Notes: generated from the sequence alone by a model not told the origin. Positions 7,488 through 17,688 are shown, counted from the stretch's first letter. The stretch is DNA of 64,000 nucleotides from Proteobacteria bacterium UBA2363 (GCA_002344355.1 DDTN01000045.1:31530-95529), one strand, 5' to 3'. A program made the numbers and translations.

Positions 7488-9641
7488 ATGTCCATGCGTA
7501 CCGGCCTGCTGGCCGCTGTCCTGCTGTCCGCCGCCTCGGCACTTTCCGCCCAGCCGCCCGACGAGGCGGTGCCGGCCCCGGAGATCGACGAGGCGATCGC
7601 CGCGCCGGCCATCGACGATGCGGCGATGCCGCCGGCGGCGCTGGACGGCGATCCGCTGGCCCTGCCCGGGGAGGACGTGCCGCCGGCCATCGAATGGCTG
7701 CGCGCGCCGCGCGCCGAGCCGGTGGTGTGTCCGTTCCGCGGCCGGATCGAGTACCGGCCCGGTGAGATCGAGTGCGGCCTGATCCAGGTGCCCGAGAACC
7801 GCGAGGTCGCCGGCAGCCGCAGCATCGAGCTGCACTACGTGCGGATCGTCGCCAAGGGCCGCGATGCCGACGGCAAGACGGTCGAGAAGCGCGGCGATCC
7901 GGTGGTCTACCTGACCGGCGGCCCGGGCGCGCCGGCCGCCTACTACGTGCAGCGCTTCAAGGACCACCGCCTGGTCGAGCGCCGCGACCTGTACATCCTG
8001 GAGCAGCGCGGCATCGGCAGCTCCAGCCAGTTCTGCCGCTTCTACGGCACCCGCAACCGCGCCGACAAGGTCCGCGAGGACTACGTCGCGCAGCAGCGCG
8101 TCGAACTCGAGCAGGCGCGCGCCTGCGCCGACCAGGCCCGCGCCCAGGGTGTCGACCTGCGCGGCTACAACACCATCGAGAACGCCCGCGACGTGCGTGC
8201 GCTGCGCCTGGCCCTGGGCCTGCCCGACTGGAACGTCTGGGGCATCTCGTACGGCTCGGTGCTCGGCCAGGCGCTCGCCCGGGTCGACCGCGAGGGCATC
8301 CGGGCGATGGCGATCGACGCCATCGTGCCGATCGACATCGGCGACCTGATGCGGATCGGCCGCTGGTACGCGCGCGACCTCGACAAGCTGGACGAGGCCT
8401 GCGCCGCCCAGCCGGCCTGCGCCGCCGCCTACCCCGACCAGCGCCGGCGCTACGAGGCGGCGATCGCCGCGGTGCTCGAGCAGCCGGTGGTGCTCGACGT
8501 GCAGCCGTCCGAGACCTGGCCCGGCGGGCGCGCGGTGATCCACGCCGACCTGGTTGCCGGCCTGCCGTTCATGCTGCTCTACGAGGAGAAGACGCATGCC
8601 GCGCTGCCGGCGGTCATCGAGGGGCTGATCGCCGCCGTCGAGCAGCGCGACCCGGTGGTGTTCAAGGCGCTGGCGCTGGCCGGCGACCTCGGCGGCCCGG
8701 GCGGCAACGACTTCGGCGCCGGCATGTCGATGGCGATCCGCTGCCAGGACGGCTACATGGATGCCCTGGCGCGCCAGGTCGCCGAGGAGCACGCCGAGCA
8801 GCCGGTGCTGGCGCGCGCCTTCACCAGCCTGGAGCTGGCCGCCGAGGCGCCGGCGGCCTGCGCGCAGGCCGGCCTGCCGATGCGCACCGGGGCGGACTAT
8901 GCGCCGCTGCAGACCGACCTGCCGATCGTGGTCGCCAACGGCGCCTGGGATCCGGTGACGCCGCCGCCGCTGGCGCGCTACGTGGCCGACCGCCTGGGCA
9001 ACGCCCGTTACGTCGAGTTCCCGCACGCCGGTCACGGGCCGACCCGGTCGCTGGAGTGCGGCGGCGAGTTCCTGAACGCCTTCTTCGACGACCCGGCTGC
9101 CCCGCTGAAGATGGACTGCGTGGAGGAGGGCGGCAAGGCCGCCACCTACTTCGCGCCGTACTGGGCCACCCAGGCGTTCGCGCGCGGCGCCGCCTTCGTC
9201 GCCGAGCAGCCGCGCAAGGCGCTGCTGCCGCACCTGGCCTGGGCCGGCCTGGCCTTCGGCATTGCCCTGCTCGGCCTGGTCGTGCTGCTGTTCGCCTGGC
9301 TGGGGCGCCGCCTCGACCGCGCGCCGCGGCCGGCGGGCAGCCTGCCGCGCTGGGCGACCGGCCTGGCCGCGCTGGCCACGGTCGGGCACGGCGCGGGCAT
9401 CGGCGTGGCGGCCGCGCTGGCGGCGCGCGCGACCCCGGCGATGCTGGTGTTCGGCCTGCCGGGCTGGGCGGTGTGGGCGGCCTGGGCGGCACCGGTCGCC
9501 GGCGCGCTCGGCCTGCTCGCCCTGGTCCTCGTGCTGGCCGGGGGCCAGGGTCGCGCCGGCAAGCTGGCCTGCGGGCTGGTCGCGCTGGCGGCGATCGCGG
9601 CCTCCGCGTTCTCCTGGTGGTGGGGCCTGTGGCCGGTCTAG
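7488..9641 (+). CDS. Alpha/beta hydrolase (S33 / tripeptidyl-aminopeptidase-like) with C-terminal multi-TM anchor
   Basis: Signal peptide MSMRTGLLAAVLLSAASALSA. Nucleophile elbow GISYGS, NGAWDPVTP (Asp) and FPHAGHG (His). The last ~150 aa form about four hydrophobic helices. GGAGG precedes the ATG at 7488. Confidence 0.85.
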   Translation: MSMRTGLLAAVLLSAASALSAQPPDEAVPAPEIDEAIAAPAIDDAAMPPAALDGDPLALPGEDVPPAIEWLRAPRAEPVVCPFRGRIEYRPGEIECGLIQVPENREVAGSRSIELHYVRIVAKGRDADGKTVEKRGDPVVYLTGGPGAPAAYYVQRFKDHRLVERRDLYILEQRGIGSSSQFCRFYGTRNRADKVREDYVAQQRVELEQARACADQARAQGVDLRGYNTIENARDVRALRLALGLPDWNVWGISYGSVLGQALARVDREGIRAMAIDAIVPIDIGDLMRIGRWYARDLDKLDEACAAQPACAAAYPDQRRRYEAAIAAVLEQPVVLDVQPSETWPGGRAVIHADLVAGLPFMLLYEEKTHAALPAVIEGLIAAVEQRDPVVFKALALAGDLGGPGGNDFGAGMSMAIRCQDGYMDALARQVAEEHAEQPVLARAFTSLELAAEAPAACAQAGLPMRTGADYAPLQTDLPIVVANGAWDPVTPPPLARYVADRLGNARYVEFPHAGHGPTRSLECGGEFLNAFFDDPAAPLKMDCVEEGGKAATYFAPYWATQAFARGAAFVAEQPRKALLPHLAWAGLAFGIALLGLVVLLFAWLGRRLDRAPRPAGSLPRWATGLAALATVGHGAGIGVAAALAARATPAMLVFGLPGWAVWAAWAAPVAGALGLLALVLVLAGGQGRAGKLACGLVALAAIAASAFSWWWGLWPV

Positions 9642-9659
9642 GCCCGGTCGTGCCGTACC

Positions 9660-9685
9660 GGCGGCGGGCGCTTCACCGCCCGCTG
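9660..9685. terminator. Hairpin at convergent gene junction
   Basis: 10-bp stem (9660-9669 / 9676-9685, one G-T pair). The loop cttcac contains the sigma-factor stop codon. No U-tract. Confidence 0.25.
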
Positions 9686-10254
9686 CCGGGCCGGGCGTCC
9701 TGGCCGGCGACCATCGACTCGTACAGCCACAACCGTGTCGACTGCCAGTGACGCTTGACCGTGGCCGGTGACTGGCCAAGCGCCCGCGCGGTTTCCTCGA
9801 TACTCAGGCCGCCGAAGTAGCGCAGCTCCACAAGGCGTGCGCGCTCCGGATCGACGTCCTCCAGGCGGGCGAGGGCGGCGTCCAGGTCGAGCAGATCCAC
9901 CCCGGGCGACTCGGCGGGCAGGTCCACCTGGGTCAGGCTCAGCCGCTGGCCACCGTCGCGCTTGCCACGACCGCGGCTGCGGGCGTGGTCGATGAGGATC
10001 TCGCGCATCACCCGCGCAGCCAGGGCCATCAGGTGGCCGCGGACCTGCGCGGCAGGGGCCTGGGCACCGGCCAGGCGCAGCCAGGCTTCGTGGACCAGGG
10101 CGGTCGGCTGCAGGGTGTGGCCGATGCGTTCGTGCCGGAACAGCCGGTCGGCGAGGCGGTGGAGTTCGGGGTAGAGCGCGGCGACCAGGCGGTCACCGGC
10201 GGCGGCGTCGCCGTCGCGCCACTGGGCGAGCCATTGCGTCACCGGTTCCGGCAT
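9673..10254 (-). CDS. ECF-type RNA polymerase sigma factor (kinase-associated type)
   Basis: 193 aa, MPEPVTQWLAQWRDGDAAAGDRL. Region 2 LVHEAWLRL. Region 4 ARLVELRYFGGLSIEETARALGQSPATVKRHW. Only the last 193 codons of the 1047-aa track ORF are real. Confidence 0.9.
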   Translation of the reverse strand: MPEPVTQWLAQWRDGDAAAGDRLVAALYPELHRLADRLFRHERIGHTLQPTALVHEAWLRLAGAQAPAAQVRGHLMALAARVMREILIDHARSRGRGKRDGGQRLSLTQVDLPAESPGVDLLDLDAALARLEDVDPERARLVELRYFGGLSIEETARALGQSPATVKRHWQSTRLWLYESMVAGQDARPGSGR

Positions 10255-10299
10255 GGCCGGCAGTGTAGCGAGTCGATGCGCATCCGGCCGGGGCAGGGC

Positions 10300-10305
10300 T
10301 AGACT
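10300..10305 (+). promoter_or_regulatory. -10-like hexamer TAGACT upstream of the kinase gene
   Basis: gggcTAGACTggcg lies 24 nt upstream of the ATG at 10330. The same gggctagact string recurs at 17981-17989. Confidence 0.2.
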
Positions 10306-10329
10306 GGCGATGCGGATCGGGAGACGACC

Positions 10330-12726
10330 ATGGCCGACGAGCCGGTGTCCGAAGACAGGGTGCTCGATCTGCTCGAGCAGGTGCTCGAGCAGCCGCCGTC
10401 CCGGCGGGCGGCCTGGCTGGACGCGGCCGGTCTGGACCCTGGATTGCGCCTGCGGCTGGAGCGCCTGCTCGCCTTGCAGACGCGCGCCGACCGCTTCCTC
10501 GACCAGGTGCCGGCGGTGCCGCTGCCCGGCCTGCCCGGCGCGGGCGACCGGCTGGGGGCCTGGGAAATCGTCCGGCCCCTGGATGCCGGCGGCATGGGCG
10601 TGGTGTTCCTGGCACGCCGTGCCGACGGCAGTTACGAGCAGCAGGCGGCGGTCAAACTGGTGCGCCCCGGTGGTCCCGGCACGCCGTCCGGGCTGGAGGC
10701 GGCACTGCACGAGCGCTTCGCCACCGAGCGCCGCCTGCTGGCGCGCCTGGAGCATCCGAACATCGCCCGGGTCCTGGATGGCGGAACCAGCCCGGAGGGC
10801 CTGCCGTTCCTGGTCATGGAGTACGTGGAGGGCGCAGGCCTGCTGGCCCATTGCGATGCGGCCAGTCTCGGCCTGCGCGCCCGGGTGGCGCTGTTCCGCA
10901 AGGTCTGCGCCGGCGTCCAGGCCGCACACCGGCACCTGGTCGTGCACCGCGACCTCAAGCCGCAGAACATCCTGGTCGACGCCGACGGCGAGCCACGCCT
11001 GCTCGATTTCGGGATCGCCCGCCTCCTTGAGGGTGGCGAGGCCGGGACCGGCGCCACCCAGCTTTCGGCCATGACGCCGGCCTATGCCAGCCCGGAACAG
11101 CTGCGCGGCGAGCCGCTGACCACCGCCTCGGACATCTTCTCGCTGGGCGTCGTGCTGTACGAGTTGCTGACCGGAGCGCGACCGTGGTCGCTGGACGGCG
11201 CCGGACTCGTCCAGGCCGAGCGGCTGGTCAGCGGCACCGCACCCCGCCCGCTGCGCCAGGCGCTGGCCGGCGCCGACCTGCCCGACGTCGAACGGCAGCG
11301 TCGCCTGGCGGCATCCGGCCCGGACCTCGAACGGATCGTGGCCAAGGCCCTGCACCGCGACCCGGAGCGCCGCTACGAGACTGCCCAGGCACTGGCCGAC
11401 GACCTCGGCCGCTGGCTGGACGGCCGGCCGGTGCTGGCCCACCCCGACTCCGCCGGATACCGGCTGGCGCGCTTCCTGGGCCGGCACCGGGCCGCCAGCG
11501 TCGCGGCCGGCCTGGCCCTGGCGGCCATCGTCGCGGCCGCGGCGGTGGCGATGGTGCAGGCCCGGCAGGCCCGGCTCGCGATCGCCGACCTGGGTCGCGT
11601 CAATGCCTTCCTGGCCGAGGTCATCAATGTCTCCAACCCCTATCTGGCCGGTTCCGAACTGACCCTGGGCCAGGCCCTGGACGAGGCGGCGACGCGGCTC
11701 GAGCGGCACTTCGAGGGTCGGCCGGACCTGGCCCTGGACATCCGCCTGCTGCTTGCCGACAGCATGCTCGGCCGGTTCCGGCTGGACTCGGCCCAGAGCC
11801 AGCTGGAGCGTGCGCTCGCCGAGGCGGGCGCCCTGCATGGTGACGACGACCCGCGCACGCTCCAGGCGCTCGGGCGGCTGGCCTCGCTGCGCAAGGACCA
11901 GAGCCGCTTCGACGAGGCCTCGGCCCTGTACGAGCAGGCCCTGGACCGGCTCGGCACGGTGGCCGCGGACACCGCGCAGCTCGCCGCGCGCCTGCTCAAC
12001 GACTACGGGACCATGCGCCTGATCGAGGAGCGCTTCCCCGAAGCGCAGGCGCTGCTGCAGCGCGCCGTGGAGATCGATGCGGCGCACCCGGGCGCGGTGC
12101 CCGAGGAGTCCCGCGCCCAGACCCTGGGGAACCTCGCCCACGCCGCGCGCGGCCAGGGCGACCTGGACCGCGCCGAGGCGCTGTACGCGCAGGTGCAGGC
12201 GGTGTTCGAGCGGGTCTATCCGCAGGGCGGGCCGTTCCCGGCCATCGTGCTGAACAATCGCGCGCGCCTGGCGCGGGCCCGCGGCGATCCCGAGGCCTCG
12301 ATGGCCCTGCTCGAGCAGGCGGTCGCGATGCACCGGCGCAGCTTCGCCGGCGACCACGCACTGGTGGTCACGCCGGTCACCAACCTGGCCATGCAGGCCT
12401 TGGACCTGGACCGCCTGGACAAGGCCGGGCCGGCCGCCGAGGAAGCGGTGGCGATGGCCGACCGCCTGTATTCGGGGCAGCCGCACGCCTACCAGGCCAA
12501 TGCCCTGGTCGCCCTGGTCGGCGTCCGCCTGGCGCAGGACCGGGTCGCCGAGGCGGCGCAGGCGCTGGGCCGCGCCGAGGCGGTCCTGGCGGCCCTGGCG
12601 GCGGCGCCGGAGTCCACCGTGCGCCGGGTCGCGCAGCTGCGCGAGAACGTGTGCCAGCGTGCTGCCGCGGCGCCCGGCTGCCCGCCCGCGGTCGCCGGAC
12701 CCGTCGTGCCCGCCGGCTCGCCCTGA
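10330..12726 (+). CDS. Ser/Thr protein kinase with TM segment and TPR repeats
   Basis: Kinase motifs GGMGVVFLA...AVKL, HRDLKPQNILVD, DFGIARLL, SPEQ. A hydrophobic helix AASVAAGLALAAIVAAAAVAMV is followed by a TPR-like periplasmic region. Confidence 0.9.
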   Translation: MADEPVSEDRVLDLLEQVLEQPPSRRAAWLDAAGLDPGLRLRLERLLALQTRADRFLDQVPAVPLPGLPGAGDRLGAWEIVRPLDAGGMGVVFLARRADGSYEQQAAVKLVRPGGPGTPSGLEAALHERFATERRLLARLEHPNIARVLDGGTSPEGLPFLVMEYVEGAGLLAHCDAASLGLRARVALFRKVCAGVQAAHRHLVVHRDLKPQNILVDADGEPRLLDFGIARLLEGGEAGTGATQLSAMTPAYASPEQLRGEPLTTASDIFSLGVVLYELLTGARPWSLDGAGLVQAERLVSGTAPRPLRQALAGADLPDVERQRRLAASGPDLERIVAKALHRDPERRYETAQALADDLGRWLDGRPVLAHPDSAGYRLARFLGRHRAASVAAGLALAAIVAAAAVAMVQARQARLAIADLGRVNAFLAEVINVSNPYLAGSELTLGQALDEAATRLERHFEGRPDLALDIRLLLADSMLGRFRLDSAQSQLERALAEAGALHGDDDPRTLQALGRLASLRKDQSRFDEASALYEQALDRLGTVAADTAQLAARLLNDYGTMRLIEERFPEAQALLQRAVEIDAAHPGAVPEESRAQTLGNLAHAARGQGDLDRAEALYAQVQAVFERVYPQGGPFPAIVLNNRARLARARGDPEASMALLEQAVAMHRRSFAGDHALVVTPVTNLAMQALDLDRLDKAGPAAEEAVAMADRLYSGQPHAYQANALVALVGVRLAQDRVAEAAQALGRAEAVLAALAAAPESTVRRVAQLRENVCQRAAAAPGCPPAVAGPVVPAGSP

Positions 12727-12837
12727 AGGCGGGGGACGCGCCGCGCGGGCGCCGCCCGGCGCCAGCGGCAGGCTCCGGCGCGAGGCGCGCGATGCCGTCT
12801 CAGGCGGGGAGCCCACCCTGCGCCGTCGCGCCGGCAG

Positions 12838-14190
12838 TCAGAGGATGTAGCGGCTGAGGTCCTCGTGGCCGGCCAGAGCCGCCAGGTGGGCGTCGACGTA
12901 GTCGGCGTCGATCACGTAGCGCTCGCCGGCCCGGTCGGGCGCCTCGAACGAGATGCCGTCGAGCAGGCGCTCGAGCACGGTGTGCAGGCGCCGGGCGCCG
13001 ATGTTCTCGGTGCGCTCGTTGACCGCGCAGGCGATCTCGGCGAGCCGGGCGATGCCCTCGTCGGTGAACTCGATGGCGACGCCCTCGGTGCCGAGCAGGG
13101 CCGTGTACTGGCGGGTCAGGGCGTTGTCCGGCTCGGCCAGGATGCGCCGGAAGTCCTCAACGGTCAGCGCCGACAGCTCGACGCGGATCGGGAAGCGGCC
13201 CTGCAGCTCGGGGATCAGGTCGCTGGGCCGGGCCAGGTGGAAGGCGCCCGAGGCGATGAACAGGATGTGGTCGGTGCGCACCGGGCCGTACTTGGTGCCG
13301 ACCGTCGAGCCTTCCACCAGCGGCAGCAGGTCGCGCTGCACGCCTTCGCGGGAGACGTCGGCGCCGGTCGCGCCGCTGCGCCGGCAGACCTTGTCGAGCT
13401 CGTCGATGAAGACGATGCCGTTCTGCTCGCAGTTGTGGATCGCGGCCTCGCGCACTTCGTCCTCGTTGACCAGGCGACCGGCCTCCTCCTCGACCAGCTG
13501 GGCCAGGGCCGCCTTCACCTTCAGCCGGCGCTTCTGGGTGCGGCCGCCGCCCAGCGACCTGAACATCTCGCGCAGCTGGCCGGTCATCTCCTCCATGCCG
13601 GGCGGCGCCATGATGTCGATGCCGGGACCGGCGGCGGCCAGCTCCAGCTCGACCTCGCGCCCGTCGAGGGCGCCCTCGCGCAACTGCTTGCGCAGCTTCT
13701 GCCGGGTGTCGGCCTGCGGGTCGTCGGCGCCGGCGGCCTGCTCGGTCCAGCCCATCGGCCCTGTGTGCTGCTGCCGGCGCGGCAGCAGGGCATCGAGCAG
13801 GCGCTCCTCGGCGGCGTCCTCGGCCTGGGCGCGGACCCGGGCCTTGGCCCGGTCGCGCTGCATCTTGACCGCGGCATCGGCGAGGTCGCGGACGATTTGC
13901 TCGACGTCCTTGCCGACGTAGCCGACCTCGGTGAACTTGGTCGCCTCGACCTTGATGAACGGCGCCCCGGCCAGGTTGGCAAGACGCCGCGCGATCTCGG
14001 TCTTGCCGACGCCGGTCGGGCCGATCATCAGGATGTTCTTGGGCGTGACCTCCTCGCGCAGCCCCGGCTCGAGCTGCATGCGCCGCCAGCGGTTGCGCAG
14101 GGCGATCGCCACGGCACGCTTGGCGGCGTGCTGGCCGATGATGAACTTGTCCAGCTCCTGGACGATCTCGCGGGGGGTCATGTCAGACAT
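12838..14190 (-). CDS. hslU: ATP-dependent protease ATPase subunit HslU
   Basis: [34 protein letters not shown]. Walker [16 protein letters not shown]. Conserved C-terminal ...DLSRYIL. Confidence 0.97.
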   Translation of the reverse strand: MSDMTPREIVQELDKFIIGQHAAKRAVAIALRNRWRRMQLEPGLREEVTPKNILMIGPTGVGKTEIARRLANLAGAPFIKVEATKFTEVGYVGKDVEQIVRDLADAAVKMQRDRAKARVRAQAEDAAEERLLDALLPRRQQHTGPMGWTEQAAGADDPQADTRQKLRKQLREGALDGREVELELAAAGPGIDIMAPPGMEEMTGQLREMFRSLGGGRTQKRRLKVKAALAQLVEEEAGRLVNEDEVREAAIHNCEQNGIVFIDELDKVCRRSGATGADVSREGVQRDLLPLVEGSTVGTKYGPVRTDHILFIASGAFHLARPSDLIPELQGRFPIRVELSALTVEDFRRILAEPDNALTRQYTALLGTEGVAIEFTDEGIARLAEIACAVNERTENIGARRLHTVLERLLDGISFEAPDRAGERYVIDADYVDAHLAALAGHEDLSRYIL

Positions 14191-14266
14191 GGCGGGGATG
14201 GGAGCAGGGAGCGGGGGGCAGGGCGACGCGGAGCGGACGGGGCGCGGGTGGCGGGACGGGCAGGGC

Positions 14267-14851
14267 TCAGGCCCTGCTCCCTGCCGCCTGCTCCCTGTCG
14301 TCCAGCGACTCGATCACCCGGTTCTGGTTGGTGTAGATGCAGATCTCGCCGGCCACCTCGAGGGCGCTCTCGACGATGGCACGGGCGTCCAGGCGGGTGT
14401 GGCGGAGCAGGGCCCGGGCGGCGGCCTGGGCGTAGGGGCCGCCGGAGCCGATCGCGATCAGGCCGTCCTCGGGTTCCAGCACGTCGCCGTTGCCGCTGAT
14501 CAGCAGCGAGGCCTCGGCGTCGGCCACCGCCAGCATCGCCTCGAGCCGGCCCAGCCGGCGGTCGGTGCGCCAGTCCTTGGCCAGTTCGACCGCGGCGCGC
14601 ACCAGTTGCCCGCCGTGCTTCTCCAGCTTGGCCTCGAACAGCTCGAACAGGGTGAAGGCGTCGGCGGTGGCGCCGGCGAAACCGGCCAGGATGCGGCCGT
14701 CGCGGCCCAGGCGGCGGACCTTGCGGGCGTTGGCCTTGACCACCGTGTTGCCGAGCGTGACCTGGCCGTCGCCGCCCATCACCACCCGGCCGTCGCGGCG
14801 CACCGAGACGATGGTGGTGGCATGGAAGCTCGGTGTCTGGCTCACGGGCAT
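14267..14851 (-). CDS. hslV: ATP-dependent protease subunit HslV
   Basis: [13 protein letters not shown] with the N-terminal Thr nucleophile context, [11 protein letters not shown]. Start at MPVSQ (cat at 14849-14851). Immediately upstream of hslU. Confidence 0.95.
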   Translation of the reverse strand: MPVSQTPSFHATTIVSVRRDGRVVMGGDGQVTLGNTVVKANARKVRRLGRDGRILAGFAGATADAFTLFELFEAKLEKHGGQLVRAAVELAKDWRTDRRLGRLEAMLAVADAEASLLISGNGDVLEPEDGLIAIGSGGPYAQAAARALLRHTRLDARAIVESALEVAGEICIYTNQNRVIESLDDREQAAGSRA

Positions 14852-14969
14852 GCTCCGCAGCGTGTGGAAGGATCGATCTTGGGCCGGCCTGGAGGGAATG
14901 CAAGGGCGGGCCGGCGCAGCCGCTGACCGACCGATCGGGGAGGGTGCGCCCATGCCCCGACGGCCCGGT

Positions 14970-15890
14970 TCACTCGGGCTTGCGCCTCGCCCGTGGATGG
15001 GCGGCGTCGTAGACCCGGGCCAGGTGCTGGAAGTCGAGGTGGGTGTAGACCTGCGTGGTGGCGATGTCGGCGTGGCCGAGCAGTTCCTGGACGCCGCGCA
15101 GGTCCTGCGAGGATTCCAGCACGTGGCTGGCGCAGGAGTGCCGGAGCAGGTGCGGGTGCAGGCGTTGCGGCAGCCCGTGCACCCGGCTCAGGTGGTGAAG
15201 CCGGGCCTGGACGGTGCGCACCGAGAGGTGGCCGCCGGCCCGGCCCGGAAAGACGTGGTCGGCGCCTCCGGCCAGCGCGCGCCATTGCGCCAGGGCGGCG
15301 CGCGCGGCCGCACCGACCGGCACCACGCGGGTCTTGCCGCCCTTGCCGGCGACGCGCAGTTCGGTCAGCCCGGCATCGGCGTCGCGCCAGCGCGCGCCGA
15401 CCAGCTCGCTGACCCGCAGGCCGGAGGAATAGGCCAGCTCGAACAGGGCGCGGTCGCGGGCGGCGCGCACCGGGTCGTCGCCATCGGCGTCGCCCAGGCC
15501 ATCCAGGAACGCGGCCATGGCGTCGGCGTCGAGCACCCGCGGCAGGCGCCGGCCGCTGCGCGGCGCGCGCAGGCCGGCCGCCGGGTTGTGCGCGAGCGCG
15601 CCCTCGCGCAGCAGCCAGCGGCAGAAGCTGCGCAGCGCCGCCAGCCAGCGCGCCAGCGACCGCCCGGACAAGCCGCGCCGGAACTCGCGCGCGACCAGGC
15701 CGCGCAGCGGCTCGGTGGCCAGCGCCGGCCAGCCCGGGAGGCCCTGTTCGTCGACCCAGGCCAGCAGGCGGCGCAGGTCGCGGCGGTAGGCGGCGAGCGT
15801 GTGCGGGCTCAGCCTGCGCGACACCTCCAGGTGGCGCAGGAAGGCCTCGATGTCGGCGGCCGGATCGAAGTCGGGCGCGGCGCCTGCCAC
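14970..15890 (-). CDS. xerC: Tyrosine recombinase XerC
   Basis: Catalytic region [37 protein letters not shown]. Canonical dapF-DUF484-xerC context. GTG start. Confidence 0.93.
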   Translation of the reverse strand: MAGAAPDFDPAADIEAFLRHLEVSRRLSPHTLAAYRRDLRRLLAWVDEQGLPGWPALATEPLRGLVAREFRRGLSGRSLARWLAALRSFCRWLLREGALAHNPAAGLRAPRSGRRLPRVLDADAMAAFLDGLGDADGDDPVRAARDRALFELAYSSGLRVSELVGARWRDADAGLTELRVAGKGGKTRVVPVGAAARAALAQWRALAGGADHVFPGRAGGHLSVRTVQARLHHLSRVHGLPQRLHPHLLRHSCASHVLESSQDLRGVQELLGHADIATTQVYTHLDFQHLARVYDAAHPRARRKPE

Positions 15891-15899
15891 GATCGTCGC

Positions 15900-16589
15900 T
15901 CAGCCGTGCCGGCGCAGCGCCGCGGCCACGGTCTGCGCGATCAGGTCCAGGAAGAAGGTGCCCTGGCCGGGGTGGAAGCGGTTCGGGTCCGGGCTGGCGA
16001 TCGCCAGCAGGCCCAGGCCGGGCAGCGGCAGCAGGGCGCAGCTGCCGATCGCCTCGGGCTCCTCGAACAGCAGGCCGGCCTGCGCCGCGGTCAGGCGGCC
16101 GCACAGCGGCTCGCCGCGTTCGATGACGTCGGCGATCGCCGCCAGCGAGGGGTCGCCGGCCGGAACCGCCAGCAGCCACTCGGCGGCGGGCAGCTCCGGA
16201 TCGGGATGGTGCAGCAGCACGCGCACTTGCTCGGTGCCGAAATCCTCGCGCAGCGCGGCGACCAGCCGGCGCATCGACTCGGCCGGGCCGCGCGCGCGCA
16301 TCAGCGCCAGGTTGAGCGCATGCACCCGCCGCATCAGGGTCTCGTTCTCGCTGGCGATGGCGACCAGCACCTTGATCCGCTGCGCCAGTTCGCGGTTCTT
16401 GTCTCGCAGCACCTCGAGCTGGTAGCCGGCCAGCGAGGCGGCGCGCCCGTGGCCATGGTCCTTGGGCACCACCAGGCTCAGCGCCAGGTCCGGATGGTCG
16501 CTCAGGAACTCCGGATGGCGGCGCAGGTAGCGCGCCACCTCGGCGGCGGTGACCGCGACCGCGGCGGTTGCGTCGTTGGCATCGGTCAT
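15900..16589 (-). CDS. DUF484 (YigA-like) protein
   Basis: 229 aa, AEVARYLRRHPEFLSDHPDL...QLEVLRDKNRELAQRI. The start overlaps the dapF stop (ATGA at 16586-16589). Confidence 0.85.
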   Translation of the reverse strand: MTDANDATAAVAVTAAEVARYLRRHPEFLSDHPDLALSLVVPKDHGHGRAASLAGYQLEVLRDKNRELAQRIKVLVAIASENETLMRRVHALNLALMRARGPAESMRRLVAALREDFGTEQVRVLLHHPDPELPAAEWLLAVPAGDPSLAAIADVIERGEPLCGRLTAAQAGLLFEEPEAIGSCALLPLPGLGLLAIASPDPNRFHPGQGTFFLDLIAQTVAAALRRHG

Positions 16590-17413
16590 GGCGTGAGGGT
16601 TCCTTCGAAGACGAACGTGGCCGGGCCGCGCAGGCGCAACGGCTCCCCGGCATCGCCCTGCCAGCGCACGCCCAGGGTGCCGCCGGGCAGCTCGATGCGG
16701 CTGTCGGCGGCGATCCGGCCGCCGCGGCGCAGCCACGCGTGGGCCGCGCAGGCGCCGCTGCCGCAGGCCAGGGTCTCGCCGACGCCGCGCTCGATCACGC
16801 GCAGGCGCAGCCGGTCGGGCGCCAGCACCTGCACGAAACCGACGTTGCAGCCGTCCGGGAAGGCCGGATGCGCCTGCAGGGCGAACGCCAGGTCGACCGG
16901 GGCATCGACCACCTCGGCGACCTCGATCACCACGTGCGGGTTGCCGACCGCGACCGCGCCGAACGTCACGTCCAGGCCGTCCACGCACAGGTGCAGGCCA
17001 TCGCCGGCCTGGCGGGCGCCGATCACCGGCAGGGCGGCCGGGTCGAAGTCCGGGATCGCCAGGTCCACCTCGAAGCTGCCGTCGCCGGCGCGGCGCACCG
17101 GCACCGGGCCGGACGGGCCGTCGAGGACGCCGGCATCGGCCAGGGTGCCGTCCCGATGCAGCCAGGCGGCGACGCAGCGGGCGCCGTTGCCGCACTGGCG
17201 GGCGGCGCTGCCGTCGGCGTTGACCACCGCATAGGCGGCGACCGAGCCGGGCGAGCGCGGCGGCAGCACGATCATCACCTGGTCGCAGCCGACGCCGAAA
17301 TGGCGGTCGGCGAGCGCGGCGCAGGCCTCCGGCCCGGGGGCGGCGCCGGCGCGGGCGTCGAGCACGACGAAGTCGTTGCCGGCGCCCTGCATCTTGGAAA
17401 AGCGCAGGGGCAT
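16586..17413 (-). CDS. dapF: Diaminopimelate epimerase
   Basis: MPLRFSKMQGAGNDFVVLD, catalytic Cys contexts GSAARQCGNGARC and ETLACGSGACAA. Start is cat at 17411-17413. Confidence 0.93.
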   Translation of the reverse strand: MPLRFSKMQGAGNDFVVLDARAGAAPGPEACAALADRHFGVGCDQVMIVLPPRSPGSVAAYAVVNADGSAARQCGNGARCVAAWLHRDGTLADAGVLDGPSGPVPVRRAGDGSFEVDLAIPDFDPAALPVIGARQAGDGLHLCVDGLDVTFGAVAVGNPHVVIEVAEVVDAPVDLAFALQAHPAFPDGCNVGFVQVLAPDRLRLRVIERGVGETLACGSGACAAHAWLRRGGRIAADSRIELPGGTLGVRWQGDAGEPLRLRGPATFVFEGTLTP

Positions 17414-17432
17414 GGGCCGGTCGGGGGGCGCC

Positions 17433-17657
17433 TCAGATGTCGCGGGCGAGGGATTCGGTACGGCGACGGCGCTCACGGCGGGGTTCCTGCTCGGACGGGC
17501 CGCTGCGCGCGGCGTCCGCCTCGGCGGCGGCCTTGGCCGCGGCCAGCTCCGCGGCGGTCATCGGCGGCGGTGCGATCGGATCGCGCAGGTACAGGTCGCC
17601 CTTGTTGCCGCAGGCGGTCAGCGCGGCCAGGCTGGCCAGGAGCACGAATGCGCGCAT
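17433..17657 (-). CDS. lptM: Small lipoprotein, LptM/YifL-like
   Basis: 74 aa, MRAFVLLASLAALTACGNKGDLYL. This combines a lipobox with the CGxKGxLY signature, in the conserved position upstream of dapF. Confidence 0.7.
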   Translation of the reverse strand: MRAFVLLASLAALTACGNKGDLYLRDPIAPPPMTAAELAAAKAAAEADAARSGPSEQEPRRERRRRTESLARDI

Positions 17658-17688
17658 GGGGTTCCTCGGATGGTGGATCGATGGCGGC

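Noticed and set aside
9673-12816. 1047-aa minus-strand ORF antisense to the kinase gene
   Set aside because: Only the last 193 codons (9673-10254) look like a real protein, the ECF sigma factor. The rest is antisense to a kinase with clear Hanks motifs and has no protein-like features.
14191-14266. G-rich hslV-hslU spacer (gggagcagggagcgggggg...), partly complementary to the 3' end of hslV, as a regulatory hairpin
   Set aside because: The complementarity is imperfect and interrupted. I could not define a stable stem by hand. It would need folding software.
14970-15890. Tyrosine recombinase as the integrase of a mobile element or prophage
   Set aside because: The canonical chromosomal context (lptM-dapF-DUF484-xerC-hslVU) and XerC-type catalytic region argue against it. 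There is no flanking att-like repeat, tRNA or phage gene.
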